From: an uncultured Gammaproteobacteria bacterium
GTDB taxonomy: Bacteria > Pseudomonadota > Gammaproteobacteria > UBA9214
Assembly: GCA_963701455.1 (NCBI GenBank)
Contig: CAVPAE010000010.1
Span: 114,351 to 178,350, forward strand
Length of the DNA: 64,000 nt
Direction: 5' to 3'
Part shown: in pieces, positions 34,500 through 47,223 of the stretch
How positions within the stretch are numbered: the first letter of the stretch is position 1
Layout of the letters: every line of letters starts with the position of its first letter
The notes under the pieces: generated by a model
The model's input: the letters and a program-made list of their open reading frames with translations, nothing else
The model's database searches: none
What the model was told of the DNA's origin: nothing
Program-made: the position numbers and the translations under genes

Positions 34500-35315
34500 T
34501 CAGCGTGTACTGGCGGCGTCCATGGCCGCCCGCAATTCGCCAACAATCGCTGCGACTTGTGCCGGGATGGCTGCCGGCTGATCGGCAAGCTCCGCCACCC
34601 TGTTGACCAGGACGCTGCCCACAACCACCGCATCCGCGATTTGCGCCACCTGCGCCGCCGACTCGCCGTCACGAATGCCGAAACCCACGCCTATTGGCAA
34701 TTGCGTAAACTTGCGCAGCTCCTCAAGCTTCGCGGTGACGGCCGGTACGTCGAGGCGGTTGGCGCCCGTGACACCCTTGAAGGAAACGTAATAAAGAAAA
34801 CCGCTGGCCATTTCGCTGACCTTGCGCATGCGCTCGGAGTCACTGGTCGGCGCCAGCAGGAAAATGGTGTCAATACCGTTGCCCCGGAACGCCCCGGCAA
34901 GCTCGCTGGCCTCTTCGGGCGGCATGTCCACGGTCAATACCCCATCCACCCCGGATGCGGCTGCGGCCTGCGCGAAGTCGGCGTAGCCCCACACCTCAAT
35001 CGGGTTGAGATATCCCATCAGGATGATCGGCGTGGCGTCATCCTGCTGGCGGAATTCCCGCACCATATCCAGTACCCGGTGCAGGGTGACGTGGTGCCTG
35101 AGAGCGCGCTCGCAGGCAGCCTGTATTACCGGGCCATCGGCCATGGGGTCGGAAAACGGCACACCGATTTCCAGCATGTCGGCGCCCGCCTCGACCATGG
35201 CATGCAGCAGCGGTACCGTCACATCGGGTTGCGGATCGCCAGCCGTTACGTAAGGCACCAGCGCCTTGCGCTGGCGCGACTGCAGCGCGGTCATGCATGC
35301 GGCTATGCGGCTCAT
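34500..35315 (-). CDS. trpA: Tryptophan synthase alpha
   Basis: [17 protein letters not shown] and VGFGI motifs. Confidence 0.97.
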   Translation of the reverse strand: MSRIAACMTALQSRQRKALVPYVTAGDPQPDVTVPLLHAMVEAGADMLEIGVPFSDPMADGPVIQAACERALRHHVTLHRVLDMVREFRQQDDATPIILMGYLNPIEVWGYADFAQAAAASGVDGVLTVDMPPEEASELAGAFRGNGIDTIFLLAPTSDSERMRKVSEMASGFLYYVSFKGVTGANRLDVPAVTAKLEELRKFTQLPIGVGFGIRDGESAAQVAQIADAVVVGSVLVNRVAELADQPAAIPAQVAAIVGELRAAMDAASTR

Positions 35316-36541
35316 ACCTGGATCCCCTCCAGCGCGGCAATCGTATGCACATCCTTGTCCCCGCGCCCCGAGAGGTTCACGATGATAAGCTTGTCCTTGT
35401 CCATGTCAGCCGCCAGTCTGGTCGCATAGGCCAGTGCGTGGCTGGATTCAAGTGCCGGCATAATACCCTCCACGCGGGTTAGCTGGTGAAACGCAGCCAG
35501 GGCCTCGCTGTCCGTCACCGCGGCATACTGTGCCCGACCGGTGTCTTTCAACCAGGCATGTTCCGGACCGACGCCGGGGTAATCGAGCCCGGCCGAGATT
35601 GAGTGGGTCTCGATAATCTGGCCGTCACTGTCTTCCATCAGGTAGGTGCGATTGCCATGCAGCACCCCGGAACTGCCGGCACAAAGCGGTGCGGCATGCC
35701 GGCCCGTTTCGATGCCGTCCCCGCCGCCTTCGACGCCATGCAGGGCGACGGCCGTGTCATCGAGGAACGGATGAAACAGCCCGATGGCATTGGAACCGCC
35801 GCCGACGCAGGCAACGAGTGCGTCCGGCAGACGACCTTCCCGTTCCAGGATCTGGCTGCGGGCTTCCCGGCCGATGACCGCCTGGAAGTCCCTGACCATG
35901 GCCGGATACGGGTGCGGACCGGCAACCGTACCGATGATGTAGAAGGTGTTGTCGACATTGGTCACCCAGTCGCGCAATGCCTCGTTAAGGGCATCCTTGA
36001 GTGTTTTTGATCCCGACGAAACCGGGACAACCTCGGCACCGAGCAGGCGCATGCGATAGACGTTGATGGCCTGGCGCTTGATGTCCTCCGCACCCATGTA
36101 GACAACGCATTCCATGCCGAGACGGGCTGCAACCGTGGCCGAGGCAACACCGTGCTGGCCGGCGCCGGTTTCGGCGATGATGCGCTTTTTGCCCATGCGT
36201 TTTGCCAGCAACGCCTGGCCGACAGTGTTGTTGATCTTGTGGGCACCGGTATGGTTCAGGTCTTCGCGCTTGAGATAGATGCGCGCCCCGCCGGTTTCCC
36301 GGGACAGCCGTTCGGCGAAATACAGAGGCGACGGACGTCCGACGAAATGCGCCAGGTCGGCATCCAGTTCAGCCAGGAATTCCGGATCCTGCAGGTATCT
36401 GGCATATGCGGCGTCGAGCTCATTCAGCGGCAGCATCAGGGTCTCGGCCACGAAGCGCCCGCCATAGGGACCAAAATGGCCGCGTTCATCCGGCAGCGCG
36501 TGTTTGCCCGCTGCGGTCCTGGCCGCCTGTTCATGCTTCAC
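35312..36541 (-). CDS. trpB: Tryptophan synthase beta
   Basis: [18 protein letters not shown] and GGGSNA motifs. Confidence 0.98.
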   Translation of the reverse strand: MKHEQAARTAAGKHALPDERGHFGPYGGRFVAETLMLPLNELDAAYARYLQDPEFLAELDADLAHFVGRPSPLYFAERLSRETGGARIYLKREDLNHTGAHKINNTVGQALLAKRMGKKRIIAETGAGQHGVASATVAARLGMECVVYMGAEDIKRQAINVYRMRLLGAEVVPVSSGSKTLKDALNEALRDWVTNVDNTFYIIGTVAGPHPYPAMVRDFQAVIGREARSQILEREGRLPDALVACVGGGSNAIGLFHPFLDDTAVALHGVEGGGDGIETGRHAAPLCAGSSGVLHGNRTYLMEDSDGQIIETHSISAGLDYPGVGPEHAWLKDTGRAQYAAVTDSEALAAFHQLTRVEGIMPALESSHALAYATRLAADMDKDKLIIVNLSGRGDKDVHTIAALEGIQV

Positions 36542-37157
36542 TGTTGCGTACCTCTCTCATGAATGCCTTGATTTTTTCCCTGGACTTGATGCCCTTGTCA
36601 CGCTCCACACCCGAGCTGACGTCAACCGCGTAGGGTTTTACCGACCTGATGGCCGTGGCGACATTGGCGGGTGTCAGTCCCCCAGCCAGGATAAGCGGGG
36701 CATCGATATCTTCCGGAACCTGCTGCCAGTCAAACACGACACCGCCACCACCATGGGTTTCCGGTTGCCAGGCATCGAGCAAAAAACCGGCAGCATCGGG
36801 GTAGCCGGCCATAAGGGATGATAAATCCGTTTCACCCTGCATGGCGATTGATTTAATGAATGGCAGCCCAAAACAATTACATTGTGCATTGGTTTCCTGC
36901 CCATGAAACTGCAACAGGCCCAGGGGCACGGTTGCGAGCACCTGCCTGACAAGCTCCGCAGGCGCATTGACAAACAGCCCCGTGACCGTGACGAACGGTG
37001 CAACAGCGGTGGCAATGTTGCGGGCCTGCTCCAGTGTCACATGGCGCGGACTTTTCGGATAGAACACCAGCCCCAGCGCATCCGCACCCGATTCCACCAC
37101 GGCAGCAGCATCCTGCTCTCGGGTGATGCCGCAGATTTTGACGCGGGTGCGAACCAT
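36531..37157 (-). CDS. trpF: Phosphoribosylanthranilate isomerase
   Basis: VKICGIT, LQFHG, LAGGL and VDVSSGVE motifs. Confidence 0.96.
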   Translation of the reverse strand: MVRTRVKICGITREQDAAAVVESGADALGLVFYPKSPRHVTLEQARNIATAVAPFVTVTGLFVNAPAELVRQVLATVPLGLLQFHGQETNAQCNCFGLPFIKSIAMQGETDLSSLMAGYPDAAGFLLDAWQPETHGGGGVVFDWQQVPEDIDAPLILAGGLTPANVATAIRSVKPYAVDVSSGVERDKGIKSREKIKAFMREVRNSEA

Positions 37158-37234
37158 CGTTAGCCTCAAACCTATTTAATTCATGAAGATAGGGCTGAAT
37201 CTTAACTGAATCCAGAAGACTTGACCATTACGTC

Positions 37235-38014
37235 TCAGCCAAACTCCGGCAGCCAGCCCGCCACCGGCAGGGTAAATTCAGGCGGATAGCGAACTGCCAC
37301 CAGGTACAGGCCGGCGGGGGTCGCGTTGAAGCCGCTTACGGTCCGGTCCGTTGCCGCCAGAACTTCCCCCACCCACGCCGGCGACTGCTCACCTCGCCCG
37401 ACCGCAATCAGGACACCGGCAATACAGCGTACCATGTGATGCAGAAAAGCATTGGCCCTGACGTCGAGGTAGACGAAATCGCCGCTGCGTCGTACACCGA
37501 GCTCATGGATTGTTCTCACCGGGCTTTTTGCCTGGCATGCCGCAGCCCGAAACGAACTGAAATCATGCTCTCCAACCAGCAGCCTGCCGGCAGTCGCCAT
37601 GCTGGCAGTGTCCAGACAGGATTGTTCCTGGCAGGCCCGGTTGTGCAACAGGGCGGAAACCGTTGGCCGGTTCAGGATGACATAGCGGTAATGACGCTGC
37701 ACGGCTGCAAAGCGCGCATGAAAAGAGCCGGGGACCTGTGTCGCCCATTGCACACGAATATCAGCAGGCAAATTGGCGTTGCATCCTCGCACCCAGTTTC
37801 GGGTTTCACGAGTGGCGTGGGTATCAAAATGAACCACCTGTCCGGTGGCGTGCACTCCGGTATCCGTTCGCCCCGCACAAACCACACCTACCGGATGGTC
37901 CGCGACACGGGATAGCGCCTGCTCGACACAACCCTGGACGGTGCGTCCTTCGGACTGGCGCTGCCAGCCGAAGTAATCCGTGCCGTCATATTCAATGCCA
38001 AGGGCGATGCGCAT
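37235..38014 (-). CDS. truA: tRNA pseudouridine(38-40) synthase
   Basis: YDGT..GWQ, AGRTDTGVHA and FLHHMVR motifs. Confidence 0.97.
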   Translation of the reverse strand: MRIALGIEYDGTDYFGWQRQSEGRTVQGCVEQALSRVADHPVGVVCAGRTDTGVHATGQVVHFDTHATRETRNWVRGCNANLPADIRVQWATQVPGSFHARFAAVQRHYRYVILNRPTVSALLHNRACQEQSCLDTASMATAGRLLVGEHDFSSFRAAACQAKSPVRTIHELGVRRSGDFVYLDVRANAFLHHMVRCIAGVLIAVGRGEQSPAWVGEVLAATDRTVSGFNATPAGLYLVAVRYPPEFTLPVAGWLPEFG

Positions 38015-38186
38015 GCGGGTTCAGTTCATCGTGCCAGGTTGTGGCAGGGTGGAGTCTTGTTGCGCTTGACCGGGATGTGAACCCCCGGCAGCAGGCCCGA
38101 ACCTGCTGCGCTGCGGACTGCATCAGCTGCTTGCCTGCACGGCAGATGATATCTGCGGCAGGCAGCACGCAGCGCGGTATTGTATG

Positions 38187-40418
38187 TCAGGCTATTTCGG
38201 CAATCAGCTTGCCAGCCTCGTCCTTCTGTGCCTCATTGCCTTCTTCCAGAACCTCGTCGAGGATACTGCGCGCACCTTCCGGATCGCCCATATCGAGATA
38301 GGCACGGGCGAGATCCAGCTTGGTACTGACCTCGTCACTGGCATCGAGCAGGCCGTCCGCATCTTCCTCGGTTTCGTCGAAGTTGATATCGGTTGTCTCG
38401 AGTTCATCGAGGTTGTATTCAAGGTTTTCGGGCGATTCCTCTGCAGGAGTTTCCCGGGCTTCCATGTCCAGACCAAGATCATCTGCAGCAGCAGGCTCCG
38501 CTTCCACATCCTGATCATCCTGATCGCCCATGTCATCCATGCCGGAGAGATCCATGTCGAAGTCGAGATTATTGGTCTGTGCTGCACCGGCCTTGTAGAG
38601 CTCATTTTCCGGCGACAACTCGTACCCCATGGTCGCCACCCTCAGCCAGGTGGCATCATCTTCAGTGACGGTATCCCGGAAATCACTTGCCTCCCTGTCA
38701 AATGCGGTGGCATTGCCACCGGCATGGTAGACCTCCAGCAGCTTGAGTCGCATGGCCGCATCGTCCGGCGTCTTCTCGAGTGCGGCCTGCAGCACGTCTT
38801 CCGCCTGCTGGATCCTGCCATAGGCGAGGTAGACATCGGCTTCAGTCAGCGGGTCATCACCTTCATCCGTATTCGGTGCGTTGCCATGTACCGGTGCCTC
38901 GAACGTCTCGCTGACGGGAATCGCTGGCAGGGGATTGCTCTCGCGCTCGGTATTTTCCACTGCCAGCCGTTTCTCAAGCGTCATTTCATCATCAAAGATG
39001 CCTTGATTGTCCTTGCGGCGGGTGGATGCCCAGAGAAAACCGCCGAGCAACATTGCGACCAGTACTCCCAGGCCAGCGAGGATCGGGTTATCCATGAGCT
39101 TGTTGACAATTCCGCCGGCCACCAGAGTTTCTTTGCTGTCGGCAGCTGCAGCAGTTGTCTCGACGTTTTCCGGCGCGGCTGCCACGGCGTCATCTGCGGC
39201 GGCAGCTTCTTCCTCCTCCGCGAGGAGTACCGTGTCTTCTGCGGCGGCGGCAAGCTGCTGGTTCTGCATGCTGGCCAGCTGGTCGTTCTTGAGTTCCAGC
39301 AGGCGCTTCATGGTTGCCAGCTGTTCCTCGAGTTCGGTCACGCGTGACGATAATTCTTCCGACTGCGCCCGGTTTGCCTCCGCGGTTTCGGAGGCCAGGG
39401 CCAGCTGCTGTTCGATATTACCGCTGCCGGATTCGGCTTCACCGGCCTGGGGATCACCTGCGGTGGCCGCGCCCTGAATCGTTTCCTCATCCGGAGCGGT
39501 CAACTGCAGTCTGCTCTCGGTCATGACAGCGGGGGCAGGTTCTTCCGCTGCAGCAACGGCTGGTGCTGGTGCCTCCGTTTTCTCCTCAGCAACGTCCGGC
39601 GCGCTGGTCGCACCCGTCTTCCATGCCTGGTTCTGGCGACTGGCTTCGTTGCGCGCGTCTCGTGGGCTGATGCTCAGTATGTCTTCGCGTGACGGGACAG
39701 TCAGGGTGGCGCCTGCCTTCAGGTTGTTGATGTTGTTATTCATGAAGGCATCAGGATTCGCCCGTTGCAGGGCAAGCATCATCTGTTCCATGCTGATGTC
39801 GCTGTCAGGGCGAACCTGTTTGGCAATGGTCCAGAGTGTTTCGCTGCGCCTGACGGGGCCATAGCTGCTGGCCGACTGCCCGGATCCGGTGCTTGCCGGT
39901 GCGCGTGCAGTCGTGGTCGTTGTACTGGATGGCCTGGATCTGCGCGGCGGTTCTGCCACGACGGCTGTTGCGCGGGGAATGCTCGACACGGGGGCAGCCG
40001 GAATGGCCGGAGCCGCAGGCATGGTGAGTGGCGGGTCGACCAGGACCGTGTATTGCCGCATCAGTCGACCCTTGGGCCAGGTCAGTTCCAGCATGAATTC
40101 AATAAAGGGTTCATGGATGGTGTCGGTGCTGGTGATACGTATCACCGCCTGGCCACGGCTGTCTTTCTCGACCTTGAAGCGGAAGTTTCCCAGCATCCTG
40201 GATTTGGACAGCCCCGCTCGCTGATGCGCCTCAGCCGAGGCGATGGAAATCTTCACCTGGGAAAGGTCGGTGCCACCAGCCGAGGTCAGGTCGATGCTGG
40301 CCCGCATCGGCTGGTTGAGTGCCGACTGCATGTCGATTTCACCAAGCCCCAGCGCGAAGGTGTTTGACGTTGCCGTAATAAAGAGCAGGGCTGCAGCTAC
40401 AGCCGATTTTTTAAACAT
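38187..40418 (-). CDS. fimV: FimV/HubP polar landmark protein
   Basis: ALGLGEI..SALNQP, LysM domain (ETLWTIA), TM segment, EADVYLAYGR and C-terminal TKLDLARAY. Lies between asd and truA. Confidence 0.92.
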   Translation of the reverse strand: MFKKSAVAAALLFITATSNTFALGLGEIDMQSALNQPMRASIDLTSAGGTDLSQVKISIASAEAHQRAGLSKSRMLGNFRFKVEKDSRGQAVIRITSTDTIHEPFIEFMLELTWPKGRLMRQYTVLVDPPLTMPAAPAIPAAPVSSIPRATAVVAEPPRRSRPSSTTTTTARAPASTGSGQSASSYGPVRRSETLWTIAKQVRPDSDISMEQMMLALQRANPDAFMNNNINNLKAGATLTVPSREDILSISPRDARNEASRQNQAWKTGATSAPDVAEEKTEAPAPAVAAAEEPAPAVMTESRLQLTAPDEETIQGAATAGDPQAGEAESGSGNIEQQLALASETAEANRAQSEELSSRVTELEEQLATMKRLLELKNDQLASMQNQQLAAAAEDTVLLAEEEEAAAADDAVAAAPENVETTAAAADSKETLVAGGIVNKLMDNPILAGLGVLVAMLLGGFLWASTRRKDNQGIFDDEMTLEKRLAVENTERESNPLPAIPVSETFEAPVHGNAPNTDEGDDPLTEADVYLAYGRIQQAEDVLQAALEKTPDDAAMRLKLLEVYHAGGNATAFDREASDFRDTVTEDDATWLRVATMGYELSPENELYKAGAAQTNNLDFDMDLSGMDDMGDQDDQDVEAEPAAADDLGLDMEARETPAEESPENLEYNLDELETTDINFDETEEDADGLLDASDEVSTKLDLARAYLDMGDPEGARSILDEVLEEGNEAQKDEAGKLIAEIA

Positions 40419-40524
40419 GCCAAATATCCCCATCAGTTGGTTCTTCCCTGCGATCCCCTGGAACGGGATCGATTCGCAACGCCCTGTATTCCGCATGCTA
40501 CTGCCAAAGTGGCAGCACTATAGC

Positions 40525-41547
40525 TCACAAATACTCTTTGACCAAAATTTCAGCAATCTGGATACTGTTGAGCGCGGCGCCTTTGCGCACGTTATCGGCA
40601 ACCACCCACAGGTCTAAACCTCGCGGGTGGGAGATGTCCTCGCGAATCCGGCCGACGTAGACCGGGTCATGACCGGCACCTTCCGTTACCGCAGTCGGGT
40701 AGCCGCCATCCTCCCGCTTGTCCAGCACCACGACGCCGGGAGCCTTTTTCAGCAGGGTGGTCGCCTGCTCGGCCGTCAGTTTCTCGCGGGTCTCGATATG
40801 CACAGCCTCCGAGTGGCCGTAGAAGACCGGAACACGCACAGCCGTTGGATTGACCTGTATATCCGGGGCCTCCATGATCTTGCGCGTCTCCCAGACCATC
40901 TTCATTTCTTCCTTGGTGTAGCCATTGTCCTGGAAGACATCGATATGCGGCAGGACATTGAAGGCAATCTGGCGCGGATAAACTGACGGCTTGACGGGAC
41001 GGCCGTTCAGCAACTCGGCGGTCTGGCTCGCCAGTTCCTCGATCGCCTCCTTGCCGGTGCCGGATACGGCCTGGTAGGTACAGACATTGATGCGCTCGAT
41101 ACCCGCGGCATCATGCAGCGGCTTCAGGGCCACCAGCATTTGAATGGTGGAACAGTTCGGGTTCGCAATGATGCCGTGCGTCTTGTGCGCGGCGATGGCA
41201 TGCGGGTTGACCTCCGGCACGACCAGCGGAATGTCGTCTTCATAACGAAACCGCGAGGTATTGTCGATCACGACACAACCGGCCTGTGCCGCGAGCGGCG
41301 CGTAGGTATCCGATATGCCGGCGCCGGCGGAGAACAATCCAATCTGAACCCTGGAAAAATCAAAGCTGTCCAGGTCCTCCACCGTGAGGTAGGTCTTCCC
41401 GAATGGCACACGCTTGCCGGCGGAACGCTCGCTTGCCAGCGGATAGACCTTGTTGACGGGGAATTTACGCTCCGCCAGGATCGCCAGCATGGCTTCACCC
41501 ACGGCACCGGTGGCGCCGACAACTGCAACATCGTATTTACCTGACAT
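40525..41547 (-). CDS. asd: Aspartate-semialdehyde dehydrogenase
   Basis: GATGAVG, NPNCST and DNVRKGAALN motifs. Confidence 0.97.
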   Translation of the reverse strand: MSGKYDVAVVGATGAVGEAMLAILAERKFPVNKVYPLASERSAGKRVPFGKTYLTVEDLDSFDFSRVQIGLFSAGAGISDTYAPLAAQAGCVVIDNTSRFRYEDDIPLVVPEVNPHAIAAHKTHGIIANPNCSTIQMLVALKPLHDAAGIERINVCTYQAVSGTGKEAIEELASQTAELLNGRPVKPSVYPRQIAFNVLPHIDVFQDNGYTKEEMKMVWETRKIMEAPDIQVNPTAVRVPVFYGHSEAVHIETREKLTAEQATTLLKKAPGVVVLDKREDGGYPTAVTEGAGHDPVYVGRIREDISHPRGLDLWVVADNVRKGAALNSIQIAEILVKEYL

Positions 41548-41574
41548 CTTTGCTCTGTTCCTGAGTTTGAAAAG

Positions 41575-42663
41575 CTAGTCCGCCCGCAATGCCGTCACGA
41601 CGGCATCTCCCATCGCCTGTGTGCCGACGGCGGGCTCACCGTCGGCCGCAATATCGGGGGTGCGCAAACCGGCGTCAAGCACCACGCCGACGGCCGCTTC
41701 AACCCTTTCCGCAAGGTCCGGTTCATTCAGGCTGTAGCGCAGCATCATGGCCACCGAGAGGATGGTGGCGAGCGGGTTGGCGACACCCTGCCCGGCAATG
41801 TCCGGCGCCGAACCGTGAATCGGTTCGTACATGCCCTTGCCGTTACTGTCCAGCGAGGCCGAGGGCAGCATGCCGATGGAACCGGTCAGCATGGCCGCGG
41901 CATCCGACAGGATATCGCCGAACATGTTGCCCGTCACCATGACGTCGAACTGCTTCGGTGCACGCACCAGTTGCATGGCGGCATTGTCGACGTACATGTG
42001 GCTCAGCTCGACATCGCTGTATTCCTGTCCCAGCCGCATCATCACCTCGCGCCAGAGCTCGCTGCATTCAAGCACGTTGGCCTTGTCCACGGAACACAGG
42101 CGCCGGGAGCGCTTGCGTGCGATTTCAAAAGCAGACCGCCCGATGCGTTCAATTTCCGATTCACTATAGACCAGGGTGTTGAATCCCTCGCGCTGACCAT
42201 CATCACGGACCCGAATACCACGCGGCTGGCCGAAATAGATGCCGCCCGTGAGCTCGCGGACGATCATGATATCCAGCCCGCTCACCACTTCCGGTTTCAG
42301 CGTGGATGCCCCAGCCAGTTGCGGGTAGAGAATCGCCGGTCGCAGGTTGGAGAAAAGTTGCAGCCCGGCGCGCAGGCCAAGCAGCCCCTGTTCGGGACGC
42401 AGCGGGCGATCCAGTCCGTCCCACTGCGGGCCGCCAACCGAACCCAGTAAAATGGCGTCTGCTGACCTGGCCAGCGCGAGGGTGGCATCCGGCAGCGGCT
42501 TGCCGGCTGCCTCGTAACCGGCGCCGCCGACAGGGGCATGCTCAAGCGTGACCGACAGCCCGTGGTCGGTGCCGAGGGCATCCAGCACCTTGACTGCCTC
42601 AGCCACGATTTCCGGGCCAATCCCGTCACCGGGAAGGATGGCAACTGTGTGTTTCGTATTCAT
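41575..42663 (-). CDS. leuB: 3-isopropylmalate dehydrogenase
   Basis: [26 protein letters not shown] and EPIHGSAPD motifs. Confidence 0.97.
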   Translation of the reverse strand: MNTKHTVAILPGDGIGPEIVAEAVKVLDALGTDHGLSVTLEHAPVGGAGYEAAGKPLPDATLALARSADAILLGSVGGPQWDGLDRPLRPEQGLLGLRAGLQLFSNLRPAILYPQLAGASTLKPEVVSGLDIMIVRELTGGIYFGQPRGIRVRDDGQREGFNTLVYSESEIERIGRSAFEIARKRSRRLCSVDKANVLECSELWREVMMRLGQEYSDVELSHMYVDNAAMQLVRAPKQFDVMVTGNMFGDILSDAAAMLTGSIGMLPSASLDSNGKGMYEPIHGSAPDIAGQGVANPLATILSVAMMLRYSLNEPDLAERVEAAVGVVLDAGLRTPDIAADGEPAVGTQAMGDAVVTALRAD

Positions 42664-42681
42664 AAGGTATAAATAGCGTCG

Positions 42682-43329
42682 TTAATCCTGCTGCCTGAAA
42701 AGCCAGGGAGCGGCTTGCCTGCGTTGTGCCTCGAACTCGCGAATGGCATCGGCATATTGCAGCGTCAGCCCGATGTCATCAAGTCCGCGTATCAGGCAGT
42801 CCTTGCGAAAGGCATCGACCTCGAATTGAATCGTATCACCCGCCGGGGTCGTGATCTGCTGTTGCGGCAGATTCACGATCAGGCGGTAGCCGGGCGTAGT
42901 CTCGACCGCATTGAACAACCGGTCGATGCGCTCCGCCGACAGGACGATGGGCAGCACCCCGTTCTTGAAACAGTTGTTGAAGAAGATGTCAGCGAAGCTC
43001 GGCGCAATGACGACGCGGAAGCCGTAATCCAGCAGGGCCCATACGGCATGTTCCCGCGAGGATCCACAGCCGAAGTTCTCCCGCGCCAATAAAATGCCGG
43101 CTCCCTGGTAACGGGATTGATTGAGGATGAAGTCAGGGTTTTGCTTGCGCTGCGTGTTGTCCATGCCGGGCTCGCCGCTGCCAAGATAACGCCACTCATC
43201 AAACAGGTTGGGGCCGAAACCACTGCGCTTGATCGATTTCAGAAACTGCTTGGGAATAATGGCGTCGGTATCGACATTGGGGCGATCCAGCGGTGCCACC
43301 AGCGCATCGACGATCTCGAATTTCTCCAT
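42682..43329 (-). CDS. leuD: 3-isopropylmalate dehydratase small subunit
   Basis: [13 protein letters not shown] and [11 protein letters not shown] motifs. Confidence 0.97.
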   Translation of the reverse strand: MEKFEIVDALVAPLDRPNVDTDAIIPKQFLKSIKRSGFGPNLFDEWRYLGSGEPGMDNTQRKQNPDFILNQSRYQGAGILLARENFGCGSSREHAVWALLDYGFRVVIAPSFADIFFNNCFKNGVLPIVLSAERIDRLFNAVETTPGYRLIVNLPQQQITTPAGDTIQFEVDAFRKDCLIRGLDDIGLTLQYADAIREFEAQRRQAAPWLFRQQD

Positions 43330-43348
43330 TCGCCTGTTCCCTTTCGTC

Positions 43349-44758
43349 TCAGTTCAGTTCGCTGCGAATATCAGCAAAGTGGCCCTTCACAGCCGCGAGT
43401 GCCGCCATGGCGGGGCTGACCAGATGGGTGCGTCCGCCCTGCCCCTGGCGCCCTTCGAAGTTGCGGTTCGAAGTCGAGGCGCAGCGGTCGCCGGGCGCGA
43501 GCCGGTCGGCATTCATTGCCAGGCACATGGAACAGCCGGGTTCACGCCATTCGAAGCCGGCCTCGGTAAATACCCGGTCCAGACCTTCGGCCTCCGCCTG
43601 GCGTTTCACCAGCCCGGATCCCGGTACCACCAGCGCCTGCTTGATGCTGGCGGCGACCTTGCGGTCGCGAATGGCCGCGGCAGCGGCCCGTAAATCCTCG
43701 ATGCGCGCATTGGTGCAGGAACCGATAAACACGTGATCGGGGCAAATGGCCGTGATCGGCATGCCCGGTTGCAGATCCATGTAGGCCAGTGCCTTGCGCA
43801 TGCCCTCGCGCCTGACGCTGTCCTGCTCGGCGTCCGGGTCCGGAACCAGGGCATCGATCGCGGCCACCATTTCCGGTGACGTGCCCCAGCTCACCTGGGG
43901 TGACAACTGCCCGGCGTCCAGTGTCACGGTGCGGTCGAACTCCGCATCCGGGTCGCTGTGCAGGTCTGCCCAGGCAGCCTCTGCGCGCTCCCGGAGTTCA
44001 CCCTTTGGGGCATAGGGCCGATCGGCCAGGTATTCGAGCGTGGTGGCATCCACTGCCACCATGCCGGCACGGGCGCCGGCCTCGATGGCCATATTGCAGA
44101 TGGTCATGCGGCCTTCCATCGACAGACTGCGCAGGGTGCTGCCGGCAAATTCAATCGAGTACCCGGTGCCGCCTGCTGTGCCGATCTGGCCGATAATGGC
44201 CAGCACCACGTCCTTGGCCGAAACACCCGGGGCAAGCAGCCCGTCAACGCTGACCAGCAGGCTGCGCGTCTTCTTCATGATCAGGCACTGGGTTGCCAGC
44301 ACATGTTCCACGTCGGACGTGCCGATACCGAACGCCAGTGCGCCGAAGGCACCGTGCGTCGAGGTGTGTGAATCCCCGCAGACCACGGTCATTCCCGGCA
44401 GGGTCGCACCCTGCTCCGGGCCGATCACGTGGACGATGCCCTGGCGCGGGTCGTTCATGGTGAATTCGGTGATCCCCAGTTCGGCGCAGTTGTTGTCCAG
44501 CGTTTCCACCTGGATGCGCGACACCGGGTCGACAATGCCGGACGCGCGTCTGGTGGTCGGAACGTTATGGTCAGGCACCGCCAGGATCGAGTCGACGCGC
44601 CACGGGCGGCGTCCCGCCAGGCGCAGTCCCTCGAAGGCCTGCGGCGAGGTCACCTCGTGCACCAGGTGGCGGTCGATATACAGCAGCGCAGTTCCGTCAG
44701 CGTCCTGCCTGACGAGATGCGAATCCCAGAGTTTATCGTAGAGTGTCTTGCCGGACAT
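43349..44758 (-). CDS. leuC: 3-isopropylmalate dehydratase large subunit
   Basis: [27 protein letters not shown] and [10 protein letters not shown] motifs. Confidence 0.98.
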   Translation of the reverse strand: MSGKTLYDKLWDSHLVRQDADGTALLYIDRHLVHEVTSPQAFEGLRLAGRRPWRVDSILAVPDHNVPTTRRASGIVDPVSRIQVETLDNNCAELGITEFTMNDPRQGIVHVIGPEQGATLPGMTVVCGDSHTSTHGAFGALAFGIGTSDVEHVLATQCLIMKKTRSLLVSVDGLLAPGVSAKDVVLAIIGQIGTAGGTGYSIEFAGSTLRSLSMEGRMTICNMAIEAGARAGMVAVDATTLEYLADRPYAPKGELRERAEAAWADLHSDPDAEFDRTVTLDAGQLSPQVSWGTSPEMVAAIDALVPDPDAEQDSVRREGMRKALAYMDLQPGMPITAICPDHVFIGSCTNARIEDLRAAAAAIRDRKVAASIKQALVVPGSGLVKRQAEAEGLDRVFTEAGFEWREPGCSMCLAMNADRLAPGDRCASTSNRNFEGRQGQGGRTHLVSPAMAALAAVKGHFADIRSELN

Positions 44759-44826
44759 GCGGTGTGATCCAGTTTCGAGCGTCAACGTAAACGCGGGATT
44801 ATATAGAATGTCCGACCCGAAGCCAG

Positions 44827-45975
44827 CTATTCGGCCGTCGCCACCGGATTCTCGGGAATACCAAGGTGGACGACGAGCATCCCTGCCAGTGCAGCAATGG
44901 CCGCCAGCAGGTACATGAATTCCGGGCCGATGCCATGCCAGAGATAACCACTCACCAGGCTGCCCAGTGCCCCACCGGCACCGAAGCTGATGCTGCTGTA
45001 TAGCCCCTGGCCGCGCCCCTGGTGCGCCCCGGTAAACAGGGTGTGAAACAGGTAGATCATGACCGCATGGTGCAGCCCGAAACTGGCGGCGTGCAGTGTC
45101 TGGGCCAGCGTTATCAGCAACAGATTATGGGCGAAGCCCGCCGTCAGCAGCCAGCGCACGGCCGTCAGCCCCACGGCGAATAACAACAGCTTGCGGGCGC
45201 CATAGCGCGGCAGCAGCTTCGGCATCAGCAGAAATACACCGATTTCGGCGATTACGCCCAGCGCCCAGAGCTGGCCGATGACCGTGGTTGAATAGCCGTA
45301 ATCTTCGAGATACAGGCTGAAGAACGCGTAGTATGGCCCGTGGCTTGCCTGGACCAGAAAACATACCGCCAGCAGGGCAAGCACCACCGGTTGCTTCAAT
45401 ACCTGCCGCAACGGCACCTGGTTGATTGCCAGGTGGCCGGCTGCGGATTCCGGCACCATCAGGCTGCTCAGCCAGATGAGGGCGAACAGGAACAGCAGCA
45501 CCACCGGCAGCAGGCCGGTTCCGAAGCTGCCGAGCAGCGGCCCGAGGCCGGCAACCGTGACAATGAAACCGATCGAACCCCACAGGCGAATGCCACTGTA
45601 GCGGTGGGTTTCGCTCCCGAGGTGGCTCATGGTGGTGGCCTCGAATTGCGGCAGCGAGGCGTTCCAGAAAAAACTGAACACAATCATGACCAGCGCCAGC
45701 CACCAGAAACTGCTGCCGAGAAAGACGCCGGCAAAGGTGACGGCAGCCAGCAGGGATGCGATACGCACGATCTGCATGCGCTGCCCGGTATGGTCCGCGA
45801 TCCAGCCCCAGATGTTGGGTGCCACGATCTTGGTGGCCATGAGTATTGCAATCAGCTGGCCGATTTGGGCCATGCTGAAATCCAGTGATTTCAGGTACAG
45901 ACTCCAGAACGGCACCAGTGCGCCCAGCGAGGCGAAATAGAACAGGTAAAAACCGGACAATCGCCAGTAGATCAT
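44827..45975 (-). CDS. MFS transporter (HcaT/MFS_1-like)
   Basis: Multiple hydrophobic segments; [15 protein letters not shown] and [10 protein letters not shown] motifs. Confidence 0.88.
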   Translation of the reverse strand: MIYWRLSGFYLFYFASLGALVPFWSLYLKSLDFSMAQIGQLIAILMATKIVAPNIWGWIADHTGQRMQIVRIASLLAAVTFAGVFLGSSFWWLALVMIVFSFFWNASLPQFEATTMSHLGSETHRYSGIRLWGSIGFIVTVAGLGPLLGSFGTGLLPVVLLFLFALIWLSSLMVPESAAGHLAINQVPLRQVLKQPVVLALLAVCFLVQASHGPYYAFFSLYLEDYGYSTTVIGQLWALGVIAEIGVFLLMPKLLPRYGARKLLLFAVGLTAVRWLLTAGFAHNLLLITLAQTLHAASFGLHHAVMIYLFHTLFTGAHQGRGQGLYSSISFGAGGALGSLVSGYLWHGIGPEFMYLLAAIAALAGMLVVHLGIPENPVATAE

Positions 45976-46008
45976 GGTGCGTCTGGGCAACCCGGGAAGC
46001 GGGAACGG

Positions 46009-47108
46009 TCAGCTGGGGCTGGCAGGAATGACCGGTGTCGGGCTGGTAACACCCGCATTCTGCGCCCGGTGACGCAGGACATGGTCCATCAGGACCAGTG
46101 CCAGCATCGCCTCGGCGATGGGTGTGGCGCGAATGCCCACACACGGGTCATGGCGGCCGGTTGTAATGACCTCGACGGGATTGCCGGCAATATCCACCGT
46201 CTGCCCGGGAATACGGATACTGGAGGTTGGCTTGAGCGCAATGCTGGCAAGGATGTCCTGGCCACTGGAGATACCACCGAGCACACCGCCGGCCTGGTTG
46301 CCGAGGAACCCCTGTGGCGTGATTTCGTCGCGGTGCTCGGTCCCCTTTTGTTCCACACAGGCGAAACCCGCCCCGATCTCGACGCCCTTGACGGCATTGA
46401 TACTCATCAGGGCATGTGCGATCTCGGCATCGAGGCGGTCGAAAATCGGCTCGCCCAGCCCTGGCGGCACGCCGGTCGCAACCACGTTGACGCGCGCGCC
46501 GACGGAGTTGCCTTCCTTGCGCAGTGCGTCCATGTAGGTTTCCAGTTCGGCCACTCGCGCCGGGTCGGGAGAGAAAAAGGCGTTCTCCTCAACGGCATCC
46601 CAGTCCTTCAGCTCCAGGCGGATCGGGCCGAGTTGTGCAAGGTAGCCGCGTATTTCAATGCCGCAGGTTGCACGCAGGTATTTTTTCGCAATGGCTCCGG
46701 CAGCAACCCGCATCGCGGTCTCCCGTGCCGATGAGCGGCCACCGCCTCGGTAGTCACGCATGCCGTACTTCTGCTGGTAGGTGTAGTCCGCGTGCCCGGG
46801 GCGGAAACGATCCATGATTTTCGAGTAGTCCCGGGAGCGTTGATCGGTATTGCGGATCAGCAGGCCGATCGGTGAGCCGGTGGTTTTCCCTTCAAATACA
46901 CCGGACAGGATCTCGACGGTGTCGGCTTCACGGCGTTGCGTGGTATGCCGCGATTTGCCGGGTTTGCGCCGGTCCAGGTCATGTTGCAGATCCGCCTCGC
47001 TGAGATCGAGACCCGGGGGCAGCCATCGACCACACAGCCCAGCGCCGGGCCATGACTTTCTCCGAAACCGGTTACCGTGAAGATTTTTCCAAAGCTGTTT
47101 CCTGACAT
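46009..47108 (-). CDS. aroC: Chorismate synthase (frameshift in a C run)
   Basis: [20 protein letters not shown] and RHDPCVG motifs. One base is missing at about 47015. Confidence 0.96.
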
Positions 47109-47223
47109 CGGCCTATTGTAACGACTCCAGCCTGCAGCGTCGCCCCTTTTTCATTAAAGATCAGTAAGTACCAACCGATACGCAAAGTGCGCCTGGCATA
47201 CTTAGGAACACAAGGAGATCACT

